A program made the translations under genes and the position numbers. Shown here piece after piece: positions 48,201 through 56,099 of a stretch of 64,000 nt of DNA. A model generated the notes under the pieces. That model was not told the origin of the DNA, made no database searches, and saw only the letters and a list, made by a program, of their open reading frames with translations. Positions within the stretch are counted from its first letter, which is position 1; every line of letters begins with the position of its first letter. The stretch lies in assembly GCA_041655455.1 (NCBI GenBank), contig JBBAFK010000010.1, positions 1,161-65,160 on the forward strand, written 5' to 3'. This DNA is from Leucobacter sp. Its GTDB lineage: Bacteria > Actinomycetota > Actinomycetes > Actinomycetales > Microbacteriaceae.

Positions 48201-49118
48201 GACGATACGTTCCGTGTGGAGTGCGTGACTCAGCCCGATCGTGACCTCGGAAGGTGAGCCACCGTCGGCAACGCGGCGCTGCGCCCACCGCGCGATCGCC
48301 GCATACTGTTCGCGCGATTCAGGCAGGTCGGCGAAGAGTCGCACTCCGATTCGTGCGCGGTCGAGCGAGGGGTCGGCGAGGGCACGGGAGAGGATTGCCG
48401 GCACGAGCCGCGCCCACCGCACCGTCGTCGGAGTGAGGTGCAGGGTCGTGTCGTGCGTTACGACCGCTCGGAGCAGCGGATCAAGCGCTTCGGCGGCCCG
48501 GCGCACGTCATCCTCGGCAGACCAGTCGCTGCCACCGGGTGCGAAGCGGCCCGGATCGACGACGAGGTGCTTCACGAGCGGATGGCCGGCAAGACCTGAG
48601 AGCCGCGCCACTTCCGCGCGCACCCCGTCGGGCCCGTGCACGATTTCCCCGAGCGGCGCGATCACGGGTGCGAGCCCGGCCTCGCCGTGCTGCCGGAGCG
48701 CCTCACCCAGTGCGGTGAGCCGGCCGGGGTGGCGTGCGTCGTCGGGCAGCCGGGTTGCAAGGACGAGCTCCGAGACGCGGTCACGCAGCCACTTCCGGGC
48801 GACCGGCATGACGGCCCACGGCAGCCCGAGCGAGACGGCGCCGCCCGCGCGCACCGCGATCCGGTCCTTGACCGGCATCGAGGCGGGAAGGTCCTGGGCG
48901 ATTTCTCGCAGCCCGACTGCGGAGGTGACGGCGTCGTCGGTGCCCGCCACGAGGTCGATGAGTCGACGGGTGAATTCGAAGCTCTCGGGGTCTCGCCGCA
49001 GGCCGCCGAGAAGGCTGTCGCCCGTCGAGCTGCGGCTCGTATCGGCGATCCAGCGCTCGGCAAGGTCGCCCGCGGCGTCGACGATGTCACTCCAGACGAT
49101 GACTTCCTGATCACCCAT
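45267..49118 (-). CDS. PutA-like (proline dehydrogenase + aldehyde dehydrogenase architecture) 1283-aa protein with apparently degenerate catalytic motifs
   Basis: Colinear with bifunctional PutA. C-terminal FINRPTTCTRVERQPLGGWNESAMGLGALSGGPNRLLTLGSW matches the PutA tail. Positions expected for PWNFP, ETSGKN, GQKCSA, VKGAN, EFEMLxGM and YLxRRLEEN read ADESTP, VFPGPG, GADPRC, IGLSHA, FSVQLRSGF and LLLGFAAEAAD. A Ser/Asp/Ala-rich insert sits at about 47630-47800. Confidence 0.75.
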   Translation of the reverse strand: MGDQEVIVWSDIVDAAGDLAERWIADTSRSSTGDSLLGGLRRDPESFEFTRRLIDLVAGTDDAVTSAVGLREIAQDLPASMPVKDRIAVRAGGAVSLGLPWAVMPVARKWLRDRVSELVLATRLPDDARHPGRLTALGEALRQHGEAGLAPVIAPLGEIVHGPDGVRAEVARLSGLAGHPLVKHLVVDPGRFAPGGSDWSAEDDVRRAAEALDPLLRAVVTHDTTLHLTPTTVRWARLVPAILSRALADPSLDRARIGVRLFADLPESREQYAAIARWAQRRVADGGSPSEVTIGLSHALHTERIVSIQTGLAVPLIEDRDDARAQLLRLVELALHPGRAASLRPVIATEDPLVLAGTAALAARLDSADLFSVQLRSGFAPGFAARIAQDLPEVRLVLPVVTPQEYTGALDLLLGFAAEAADPESEIARLEACLAAAAVRSAATASDAEAANTAPESDALPGSASPSESDETPGSAATSESDSVSASAPVSASESARDATERSLFREAARAAEDPSPPPHRTQLRAREWDPSERDSALFYRAPDEPARFDTGGLTAAVLGLTRGSTGELKLQEHGSARPIPPISRSGFANEPETDASLAPNREWARGLLRRAAETAAEIDEENPTVALSRADIDPEAAAAEARRAGDAWGAQPTHTRATRLRRIALATVAARDRMFQLLAQDTGAPIAELDREVNDIVDSARYSGQLADALGAVRGAVFEPEGLALVVADESTPLSMQAESVLAALAAGSGVLWAVSLRVASSAAVLLEEWEVGGLPAGTVRLEPVAADRTLGALAAAVGIDRAVVLGNRAVARDLAHRRPDLRVDGVFPGPGTIILGPSADFGAAVSDVVASAFVGGGADPRCVRGAILMGSASRSRRFRDGLADAVRALRVGDTAHPGDADPLSFDVGPLPEPPSAAGLRALTELGRGEEWLVRPEQLDDEGLLWQPGVRVGVSASSSFWADSVGVPVLGVAHAHTLTEAIALQKRGGAVAGLLSHDADEVQVWLGRAEAATLFINRPTTCTRVERQPLGGWNESAMGLGALSGGPNRLLTLGSWQPREGTRSETLHLRGLEPEVRLLIEAAQPSLTYEDFDRVRRAALADALTWRTTFGAMRDTVDLGVERNVLRYDPVPTQVRLAEGGPAAALVRVVAAALLTRAPVSVSTGEVLPHELTAVLAKLDIEVSLERDDDWVERLAVSGPVGDAGTPAARVRLIGGDRVRAAEWLGGLDRVSLWAEPVTMAGPVELMTLLREQSVSARAHRHGLAVSVPGIDELIEDASAGA

Positions 49119-49253
49119 GTGCCCACTGTATGGTGCGGGTGCGCCGTGGCGGTGGATACGCGCCGCAGATCACGCGTCTCTCAGCCGAGCACGAAGTTGC
49201 CGGCAAGAGTGTGGGCGATCCCTACCCGCACGCTCGGCTCATCTCTACCCTCA

Positions 49254-49320
49254 GCGGGCGATCTCGCGTCTGCGTACCGGGATCCCGCAATTCTGGTACG
49301 CAGAGCAGAGATCCCCCGCG
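49254..49320. repeat. Long imperfect palindrome, copy 2 of the dispersed intergenic element
   Basis: gcgggcgatctcgcgtctgcgtacc ... ggtacgcagagcagagatcccccgcg. It shares tctgcgtacc, ggtacgcagagc and gagatcccccgcg with 673-741. About five degenerate 18-20-nt units (gcagcgcagaagtcccacgc-like) follow, up to ~49410. Confidence 0.7.
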
Positions 49321-49427
49321 CAGCGCAGAAGTCCCACGCGGAAAGAGGAAGCCCCCCGCACAGCGAAGAAACCTCGCGCAGTGAAGGAAGCGCGCAAGCA
49401 GAAGCGTAGGAGGGGCGAGGGATCACC

Positions 49428-50219
49428 CTACGTCAGCAGGGCGCGATCGTCGAGCTGAGCGCCCTTGATCTTCGCGAACTCCTCGAGCAGCGCCGGCACG
49501 GTCAGCTGCTGCTTAGCCTGCTCCCCGGCTTCAAAGACGATGCGGCCCTCGTGCATCATGATGAGCCGGTTGCCGAGCCGCAGCGCCTGCTCCATGTTGT
49601 GGGTGACCATGAGGGTCGTGAGTTTGCCCTGCTGAACGATGCGTTCGGTGAGTTCGGTGACGAGCGCGGCGCGCTGCGGATCAAGCGCGGCGGTGTGCTC
49701 GTCAAGCAGCAGGATGCTGGGGTGGGTGAACCCCGCCATGAGCAACGAAAGCGCCTGGCGCTGCCCACCGGAGAGGAGCCCGACCTTCGCGGTGAGCCGG
49801 TTCTCGAGCCCGAGTTCGAGGGTGGTCAATTGCTCGCGGAACTCCGCGCGCTGCGCCTTGGTGAGCGCGGGCCCGAGGCCGCGGGTTCGGCCGCGCCGCA
49901 CGGCGAGCGCCAGGTTCTGCTCAATGGTGAGATTCGGCGCGGTGCCGGCCATCGGGTCCTGGAAGACACGACCGATGTACTTCGCCCGCTGGAATTCGCG
50001 GAGCCGGTTGACGCGCGTACCGTCGACCTCGATAGTGCCGGTGTCGACCGTGTAGCGGCCGGAGATCGCGTTGAGCAGAGTGGACTTACCGGCGCCGTTC
50101 GAGCCGATCACGGTGACGAAGTCACCCTCGCTCATGCGCAGGCTGAGGCCGGCGAGCGCCTTCCGCTCGTTAACGGTCCCGGGGAAGAAGGTCTTTGCGA
50201 TGTTGTCGATGACGAGCAC
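49428..50219 (-). CDS. ABC transporter ATP-binding protein (COG1101-type; partner of COG4120 permease and COG2984 binding protein)
   Basis: GSNGAGKSTLLNAISG, LSGGQRQALSLLMA, ILLLDEHTAALD. Confidence 0.88.
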   Translation of the reverse strand: MLVIDNIAKTFFPGTVNERKALAGLSLRMSEGDFVTVIGSNGAGKSTLLNAISGRYTVDTGTIEVDGTRVNRLREFQRAKYIGRVFQDPMAGTAPNLTIEQNLALAVRRGRTRGLGPALTKAQRAEFREQLTTLELGLENRLTAKVGLLSGGQRQALSLLMAGFTHPSILLLDEHTAALDPQRAALVTELTERIVQQGKLTTLMVTHNMEQALRLGNRLIMMHEGRIVFEAGEQAKQQLTVPALLEEFAKIKGAQLDDRALLT

Positions 50220-50221
50220 GA

Positions 50222-51307
50222 CTACCTCCCTGAGGTTTCGGTCGGGCCCGACGGCGTTGATGGAGATGGCGCAGATGCTGATGGCGCAGATGCTGATGGC
50301 GCAGATGCTGACGGTGTGGATGCAGGCGGTGCGGTCGCAGCGGAAGCGGGCGCCGCTGCTTCACCGGGCGGCGAGGGATCCGGCGGCGTCTCGCGCGGCG
50401 TCACCTTACCCCCGCGGTCCTTCCACGACGGAATGCGCTTGAGGAACCCCCACCGGGGGAGCAGCAGTGCCGCGATGACGAGCAGCGCCGTGATGAGCTT
50501 CATGTCGTTCGGGTCGAGGCCGACCTGCAGCGCGAAGAAGATGATCATCCGGTAGAGCACCGCGCCGAACACGACGGCGAAGGTCGCGACCCAGATAAAT
50601 CGCTGGCCGAAAATCGCCTGGCCGAGGATCACGGAGGCGAGGCCGACGAGGATGAGGCCGATGCCCATGCTGATGTCGGCGAAGCCCTGATACTGGGCGA
50701 CGAGCGCACCGCAGGCGGCCACGAGCCCGTTGGAGAGTGCGAGCGTGAGGATCTTCATGCGATCCGTGCTCACCCCGAAGCTCGCGATCATCGGGCCGTT
50801 GTCGCCCGTCGCTTGAATGGCAAGGCCGAGGTTCGTGGAGAGGAACCAGTCGACGATGAACTTCATGATCATGACACCGACGAAGATGATGAGCATGCTC
50901 AACCAGGTCTTGTCGATTTCGAGATTCTTCAGCGGGGTGAAGACGGTCTCGGCGCGCAACAGTGGAAGGTTCGAGGTGCTCGTCGCATCGGGTTTCGTGG
51001 TGCCCATGATCCGCAGGTTGATCGACCACAGCGCGATCATCGTGAGGATTCCCGCGAGGAGTCCGTCGATCTTCCCCTTGGTGTGGAGCACGCCGGTGAT
51101 CGCACCGGCGACGAGGCCCGCCGCCCCGCCCGCGACCGTCGCGAACACCGGGTTGTGACCCAGCGTGATGAGGGCCGCCGCGGTCGCCGCGCCGGTGGTG
51201 AAGCTACCGTCGACGGTGAGGTCGGGGAAGTTGAGCACCCGGAACGTGAGGTAGACCCCGAGGGCCATCACCCCGTAGATAAGGCCGATCTCTAGCGCGC
51301 CAATCAT
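50222..51307 (-). CDS. ABC transporter permease (COG4120-type) with repetitive Pro/Ser/Ala C-terminal tail
   Basis: MIGALEIGLIYGVMALGVYLTFRVLNFPDLTVDGSF... followed by the tail ...ASTPSASAPSASAPSASAPSPSTPSGPTETSGR. Confidence 0.88.
   Translation of the reverse strand: MIGALEIGLIYGVMALGVYLTFRVLNFPDLTVDGSFTTGAATAAALITLGHNPVFATVAGGAAGLVAGAITGVLHTKGKIDGLLAGILTMIALWSINLRIMGTTKPDATSTSNLPLLRAETVFTPLKNLEIDKTWLSMLIIFVGVMIMKFIVDWFLSTNLGLAIQATGDNGPMIASFGVSTDRMKILTLALSNGLVAACGALVAQYQGFADISMGIGLILVGLASVILGQAIFGQRFIWVATFAVVFGAVLYRMIIFFALQVGLDPNDMKLITALLVIAALLLPRWGFLKRIPSWKDRGGKVTPRETPPDPSPPGEAAAPASAATAPPASTPSASAPSASAPSASAPSPSTPSGPTETSGR
50265..50324. repeat. 15-bp tandem repeat (3 perfect + 1 degenerate copy) inside the permease gene
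   Basis: gatggcgcagatgct at 50265, 50280 and 50295, and gacggtgtggatgca at 50310. On the minus strand it encodes (SASAP)n. Confidence 0.85.
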
Positions 51308-51413
51308 GAGGTGATCCTATTCCTCTTTTCTTGCCTAACGTCGAAGCGGGCGGCCATTCGGGCCGCCCGCGAGGGGTGGTGCACCGTACGCGCACCACCC
51401 GACTGCGACGGTT

Positions 51414-52430
51414 TTACTCTACGGTTTCGGCGCCCTCGAGCACCGACGCGGGGAGTTCAACGCCCATGCGCTCGGCGGCGCCCGGGTTGACGGTGTTCGC
51501 GAGCAGCGTTGCGAACTCGACGGGCAGCGTGGCGGGGTCCTCGCCGTCCTGCAGAATCTTGACGGCCATCTCGCCGGTCTGCTTGCCGAGCTCGAAGTAG
51601 TCGATGCCGAGGGTGGCGATCGCGCCGCCCTCGACGGTGCCGGCCTCGGCTGCGATGACCGGGATCTGCTTGTCTTCAGCGACCTGGATGAGCGCGGCGA
51701 CGCCGGTCACCACCATGTTGTCGGTCGGCACGTAGATCGCGTCGACGTCGCCAAGTGCCTCAGTCGCCTGAGCGATGTCGTTGCCGGTCGTCACGGTCTG
51801 CGTGACGATTTCGATGCCCATGCCCTCGGCCACGGCCGTCGCATCCTTCACCTGCACCTCGGAATTGACCTCACCGGAGGCGTAGACGATGCCGACCTTC
51901 TTGGCGTCGGGTACGAGCTCGACGATGAGTTCAAACTGGCCCGCGAGCGCGTCGGCGGGAACCGCGTCACTCGTGCCGGTGACGTTCGCGCCGGGCTCCT
52001 CATTGGAGGTGACGAGCTCCGCCTCGACCGGATCGGTGACGGCGGTGAACAGCACCGGCACCTCGGTGATCGAGTTCACCGCAGCCTGCGCCGCCGGGGT
52101 CGCGATCGCGAGCACCAGGTCGGCGTCGGATGTGGCGAACCCTTCCGCGATCGTCACTGCGTTCTGCTGCTCGCCTTGCGCGTTCTGCAGGTCGAATTCG
52201 ACGTCGAGCCCGGCCGCGGTGATCGCTTCCTGGAACCCTTCGGCCGCCGCGTCGAGCGCGGGGTGCGGCGCGAACTGGCTGATGCCGATCTTGAACGAAT
52301 CGCCGCTGGCGGCATCGTCTGCTGAGTCGTCGGAGCTACCGCCACCGGAGCAGGCGGTCAGTGTGAGTGAGGCAGCGGCGGCGAGGCCGACGAAGGCCAG
52401 CGCACGACGGCGGAACGAGGTCTGTCGCAT
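51414..52430 (-). CDS. ABC transporter substrate-binding lipoprotein (ABC_sub_bind / COG2984 family)
   Basis: In-frame ATG 52430. MRQTSFRRRALAFVGLAAAASLTLTACSGG (lipobox), ISQFAPHPALDAAAEGF, VYVPTDNMVV. Confidence 0.85.
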   Translation of the reverse strand: MRQTSFRRRALAFVGLAAAASLTLTACSGGGSSDDSADDAASGDSFKIGISQFAPHPALDAAAEGFQEAITAAGLDVEFDLQNAQGEQQNAVTIAEGFATSDADLVLAIATPAAQAAVNSITEVPVLFTAVTDPVEAELVTSNEEPGANVTGTSDAVPADALAGQFELIVELVPDAKKVGIVYASGEVNSEVQVKDATAVAEGMGIEIVTQTVTTGNDIAQATEALGDVDAIYVPTDNMVVTGVAALIQVAEDKQIPVIAAEAGTVEGGAIATLGIDYFELGKQTGEMAVKILQDGEDPATLPVEFATLLANTVNPGAAERMGVELPASVLEGAETVE

Positions 52431-52652
52431 GTGTATCGGTTCCTTACAGATGGAATACGGACGCGGCCGTCGTAGATTCTTCTGTGAACGACCGCTCACA
52501 GCATCGTAAACGTAGCGCGACGCGATCCCTCACCGACTGGAGGGTTCGTGATCGAGCCGTTGTCTATCGGTCATTGTTTTCTGAGGGATCCTCGCATCCG
52601 CAGCGCCATCACCCACTCACCAGGCGCGCCGGCACTCGACCCGGCGCAGACC

Positions 52653-53207
52653 TCAGGCGGCTTGCCCGTACTCCCCGGTCGCCACGATGATCGCGCGGGC
52701 AAGCAGCGCATCGCGCATCATGAAGCCCATCACCGCGGGCGTCGCCTGCGGGTCGACCTCGATGCGCTCCTCGCTGAGCGCGTGCACCACGAACCAGTAG
52801 TGGTGCACGCCGGTGCCCTCGGGTGGGGCCGCACCGGTGAATGCGGGTTCACGGGCCTCATTCGGCATGACCGTCACGCCCTCGGGGAGCAACTCGCTGT
52901 TCAGTGCTCCCGCGCCGGCCGGAAGTTCGGTGACCGAAGCCGGAATGTTGATCATCGACCAGTGCCAGTAGCCCGAGCCCGTCGGCGCGTCGGGGTCGAA
53001 GCAGGTCACCGCAAAGCTCTTCGTTCCTTCAGGGAAGCCTGACCAGCTCAGGTGCGGCGAGCGATTCGCTCCGCCCGCGTGCACTGCGTAGGTCTCGGCC
53101 GGCAGCGGCTCTCCATCTTGAATGTCGGAGCTCGTCAGCGTGAACGACGGCACCTCGCGCATTCCCGCGTATGGATTGATCTTGCCCTGACTCGGCTGCA
53201 GCGTCAT
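52653..53207 (-). CDS. YbhB/YbcL family Raf-kinase-inhibitor-like (PEBP) protein
   Basis: In-frame ATG 53207 lies after GGAGGA. SPHLSWSGFPEGTKSFAVTCFDPDAPTGSGYWHWSMINIP, GVHHYWFVVHAL. Confidence 0.85.
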   Translation of the reverse strand: MTLQPSQGKINPYAGMREVPSFTLTSSDIQDGEPLPAETYAVHAGGANRSPHLSWSGFPEGTKSFAVTCFDPDAPTGSGYWHWSMINIPASVTELPAGAGALNSELLPEGVTVMPNEAREPAFTGAAPPEGTGVHHYWFVVHALSEERIEVDPQATPAVMGFMMRDALLARAIIVATGEYGQAA

Positions 53208-53342
53208 CGTCGAATCCTCCCCTTCGAAGTCCCATGCGATACGCCACCAGCCTAGCCGCACCCCCGGTTCCGGGGCCGGAAGCGGCTCCGGTCGATATAC
53301 TGGGCCGCATCCGGCACCCCGCCGCACAGAAGTGAGGTACCC

Positions 53343-54134
53343 GTGGCAGTAGTAACAGGTTCGGATCGCGCACGCATGACCCTCGCCTACCTGCGCCGCA
53401 AGATCTCGACCGGCGAGTGGCCGGTCGGCAGCCGCATCCCGATCGAACCGGAGCTCGCAGAGCAGACCGGCGTTGGCCGCTCAACCGTGCGCGAGGCCGT
53501 GCGATCCCTTGCCACGATGGGCATGCTCGAGACGCTTCCGGGCCGCGGCACATTCGTGCGCTCGGCCGCACCCACGAGTACCCTGCTCAACGAGTTTTTG
53601 AACGACTTCACGCTCGAAGAGATCCTCAGCTACCGCCGTGCGCTCGAGATCGAGGCCGCACAGCAGGCCGCGCTGCACCGCACTGAGGAAGATGTCGCGG
53701 CGCTGGAGCAGGCCGCAATCGAAGAGGTCGGTTGCACCCGCTGCCCCGTGCTCGGCCTCGCGGGCGGTGAAGACAACAACGCGTTCGACAGCAAGTTCCA
53801 CCGGCTCATCTTCGATGCCGCGAAGAACCGTCTGCTCGGCTCACTGTACGCTGGCATCAACGACCAGCTGCGCACCCCCGAGCACCGGGGCCGGCTCGCG
53901 AACGTTGCGACCGGCCACGAGATGGAGCGTGATCACGCACGAGTGCTCGACGCCATACGGCGCCGCGACTTCATCGACGCCGTGCACGCGATGGTCGATC
54001 ACGTCGATCACGACGTGGTGATCGTCAACGACCAGCACGAGGTCGTGCCGCCGCTCGTGCGCACCCCCGAGCAGCAGCAGCGCATCGCCGATGCCCGCGC
54101 CGCGGAAGATGAGCGCACCACCTCGCAGGTCTGA
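53343..54134 (+). CDS. GntR family transcriptional regulator (FadR/FCD subfamily)
   Basis: PIEPELAEQTGVGRSTVREAVRSLATMGMLETLPGRGTFV plus an FCD-type domain. The start codon is uncertain (GTG 53343). Confidence 0.85.
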   Translation: MAVVTGSDRARMTLAYLRRKISTGEWPVGSRIPIEPELAEQTGVGRSTVREAVRSLATMGMLETLPGRGTFVRSAAPTSTLLNEFLNDFTLEEILSYRRALEIEAAQQAALHRTEEDVAALEQAAIEEVGCTRCPVLGLAGGEDNNAFDSKFHRLIFDAAKNRLLGSLYAGINDQLRTPEHRGRLANVATGHEMERDHARVLDAIRRRDFIDAVHAMVDHVDHDVVIVNDQHEVVPPLVRTPEQQQRIADARAAEDERTTSQV

Positions 54135-54159
54135 CCGGCACGACCCGTAGGCTGGACGC

Positions 54160-54618
54160 ATGACTGAAGCGCAGATCCCCGACGAGGTGCACGCGGATTA
54201 CGCGAACACGGAGGTGCAGGCGGCACTGCGCGCGCTGCAGGAGACACCGGACTACACGCGTCTCGCCGCATTCCTCGAGTCGCTGCGGCACGGCTATCTC
54301 GTCGTCGACGTGTCGGGGGCCCCGTCGAAGAAGAAGGGCACCCGGATTCGCACGATTCGGTCGACGAAGGGGCAGCTCGTGCTCCCGCTCTTCTCCTCGA
54401 TGGCCGAGCTGCGTGCGATCGTGCCCGCGGACCGACGCGATCAGCTGCGCGGCGCCGTCATGCCGGCGCGCGAGGCGCTCGCACTCATCAGCACGGACCG
54501 GTTCGTCGCTGCGGAGTTCGACAAGGGCTCGGCGTCCCTCGTGGTGCTCCGGAAGTATGTCGCTCTCGCGGCAGGCGACGACCCGATCACGGCGGATGCA
54601 GTCGAGTCGATGCGCTGA
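54160..54618 (+). CDS. SseB family protein
   Basis: LAAFLESLRHGYLVVDV...GQLVLPLFSSMAELRA...FVAAEFDKGSASLVV resembles the SseB N-terminal domain family common in Actinobacteria. Confidence 0.6.
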   Translation: MTEAQIPDEVHADYANTEVQAALRALQETPDYTRLAAFLESLRHGYLVVDVSGAPSKKKGTRIRTIRSTKGQLVLPLFSSMAELRAIVPADRRDQLRGAVMPAREALALISTDRFVAAEFDKGSASLVVLRKYVALAAGDDPITADAVESMR

Positions 54619-54732
54619 GCCTGCTGGTGCGGCCGCTCGTGCGCCGCGCGGACCGCGTCGAATGCGCTGACCGCTGAAACGCGTCGGGCCGGATCCCTCA
54701 TCGAAGGAACCCGGCCCGAAACAGTGTGTGCG

Positions 54733-55305
54733 CTACGCGCGCGGCTTCATCCCGAATGCGCGGACCATCTGCACGACGCCGAGCACCACCATCGAGATGC
54801 CGAGCAGCAGCCACAGCGCTGCGGCGCTGATGAGCGGCGAGAAGAGGAGCACGAGGCCGGCCAGCACGCTGACGATGCCCATGATGATCGCCCAGGTCTT
54901 ACTCTCGCTCTTGCCTGCGAGCGAGAACGCCATGATGCCCTCGAACAGCCACAGGACGCCGATCGTGATCGTGATGAACAGTGCGAGCAGCGCGCCGGTC
55001 GCCATCAGGTTCGTCAGCATGATCACGCCGCCGATGATGTAGAGCAGGCCGAGCAGGATGTAGCCGGTGCGTGCCCACCCACCGAGTGTGCGCGAGAAGA
55101 TCGACGACCCCAGGTAGACGATGCCCGTGATGATCGCGTAGACGGCGAGCAGCACTGCGGTAATCGTGAGCGCGACGGCCGCCGAAGCGCCGGGGGCGAA
55201 GATGACGAACAGTCCGAGTACGAATGCAATGAGGCCGCCGACGCCGAGTGCGATGCGCAGCCCATCGTGCGTCCGGTGGCCGGTCGTGGTTTCCGCGGTT
55301 GTCAT
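54733..55305 (-). CDS. HdeD family (DUF308) acid-resistance-type membrane protein
   Basis: Six TM helices with repeated GxxxxxxGxxxL units (GLIAFVLGLFVIFAP, ILLGLLYIIGGVIML, GVLWLFEGIMAF, VLAGLVLLFSP). Confidence 0.75.
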   Translation of the reverse strand: MTTAETTTGHRTHDGLRIALGVGGLIAFVLGLFVIFAPGASAAVALTITAVLLAVYAIITGIVYLGSSIFSRTLGGWARTGYILLGLLYIIGGVIMLTNLMATGALLALFITITIGVLWLFEGIMAFSLAGKSESKTWAIIMGIVSVLAGLVLLFSPLISAAALWLLLGISMVVLGVVQMVRAFGMKPRA

Positions 55306-55498
55306 GGTACCTCCTGTGAGTACAGCCGATCCGTCAAGTGTCGGGCCTGTGCCCCATCATTCCGCAAAAACGGTCGCCGTTGGAGGTTTCACGCCGGTGC
55401 GCAGGAAATCTCGCGGGCGTATGCTGTGCAAAAGAGCGCTGATAGGAGCACCGACCGGTGCACCGACGAGCTCTCGAGGGCCGCTTCAAGGAGGACTC

Positions 55499-55789
55499 AT
55501 GCACACCGGATCGCACGGCGAGGTTCAACTGGAGAACGAGTTCTTCCGGGTCACCCGGTGGACGGTCAAACCTGGTGGCGCCATTCCGATGCACCGCCAC
55601 GATTTCGAGTACGTCGTGATCCCGCTCGTGAATGCGTCCATGCACGTCGTCAACGCCGACGGCAGCGAGATCGTCGCGGACCTCAGCGAGGGCGTGAGCT
55701 ACACGCGGCCCGCCGGAGCCGAGCACCAGATCGAGAACCGTGACACGGCGGCCGATGTGGTCTTCGTTGAGGTTGAGCGTCTCAGCTGA
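55499..55789 (+). CDS. Cupin domain protein
   Basis: In-frame ATG 55499 lies after AAGGAGGA. GGAIPMHRHDFEYVVIPL ... RPAGAEHQIEN (cupin motifs 1 and 2). Confidence 0.8.
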   Translation: MHTGSHGEVQLENEFFRVTRWTVKPGGAIPMHRHDFEYVVIPLVNASMHVVNADGSEIVADLSEGVSYTRPAGAEHQIENRDTAADVVFVEVERLS

Positions 55790-55869
55790 GGGATCACTCT
55801 CGACCTCGTTTCCCCCATTCCGGTCGCTGAGGGATCCACCGACCCTCCGGCGGGTCGTAGACTTGCCTC

Positions 55870-56085
55870 ATGGCCGCCTTCGCAGGAATCATGCTGCTCG
55901 TCAACGCGTTTTACAACATCATCGTGTGGCCGCGCTTCTGGACGCGCGTTGCCAAGGATGAGCGCGCCCGGACCCCCGAGGGGCGGCCGACGAAGTTTCT
56001 CATCGTGCACGCGATCCTCATCATTCTGGCGCTGGTGATCGCGGTGGTGTCTGCGGTCGCCGGCATCATGTTGCTCGTCGCGTAA
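55870..56085 (+). CDS. Small two-TM membrane protein (SCO4848-like)
   Basis: MAAFAGIMLLVNAFYNIIVWPRFWTRVAKDERARTPEGRPTKFLIVHAILIILALVIAVVSAVAGIMLLVA has two hydrophobic helices separated by a basic loop. Confidence 0.55.
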   Translation: MAAFAGIMLLVNAFYNIIVWPRFWTRVAKDERARTPEGRPTKFLIVHAILIILALVIAVVSAVAGIMLLVA

Positions 56086-56099
56086 CGCTCTGGCGGCGC

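Noticed and set aside
45207-48228. Plus-strand ORFs (45207..46577, 45853..47013, 47554..48228 and others) opposite the PutA-like gene.
   Set aside because: The minus-strand 1283-aa frame is colinear with PutA over its whole length. The plus-strand ORFs are Arg/Ser/Pro-rich artefacts.
50265-50324. A possible CRISPR-like or minisatellite array, suggested by the regular 15-bp periodicity.
   Set aside because: There are no spacers. The units are contiguous, in frame and coding (SASAP repeats) inside a permease gene. No cas genes are present in the window.
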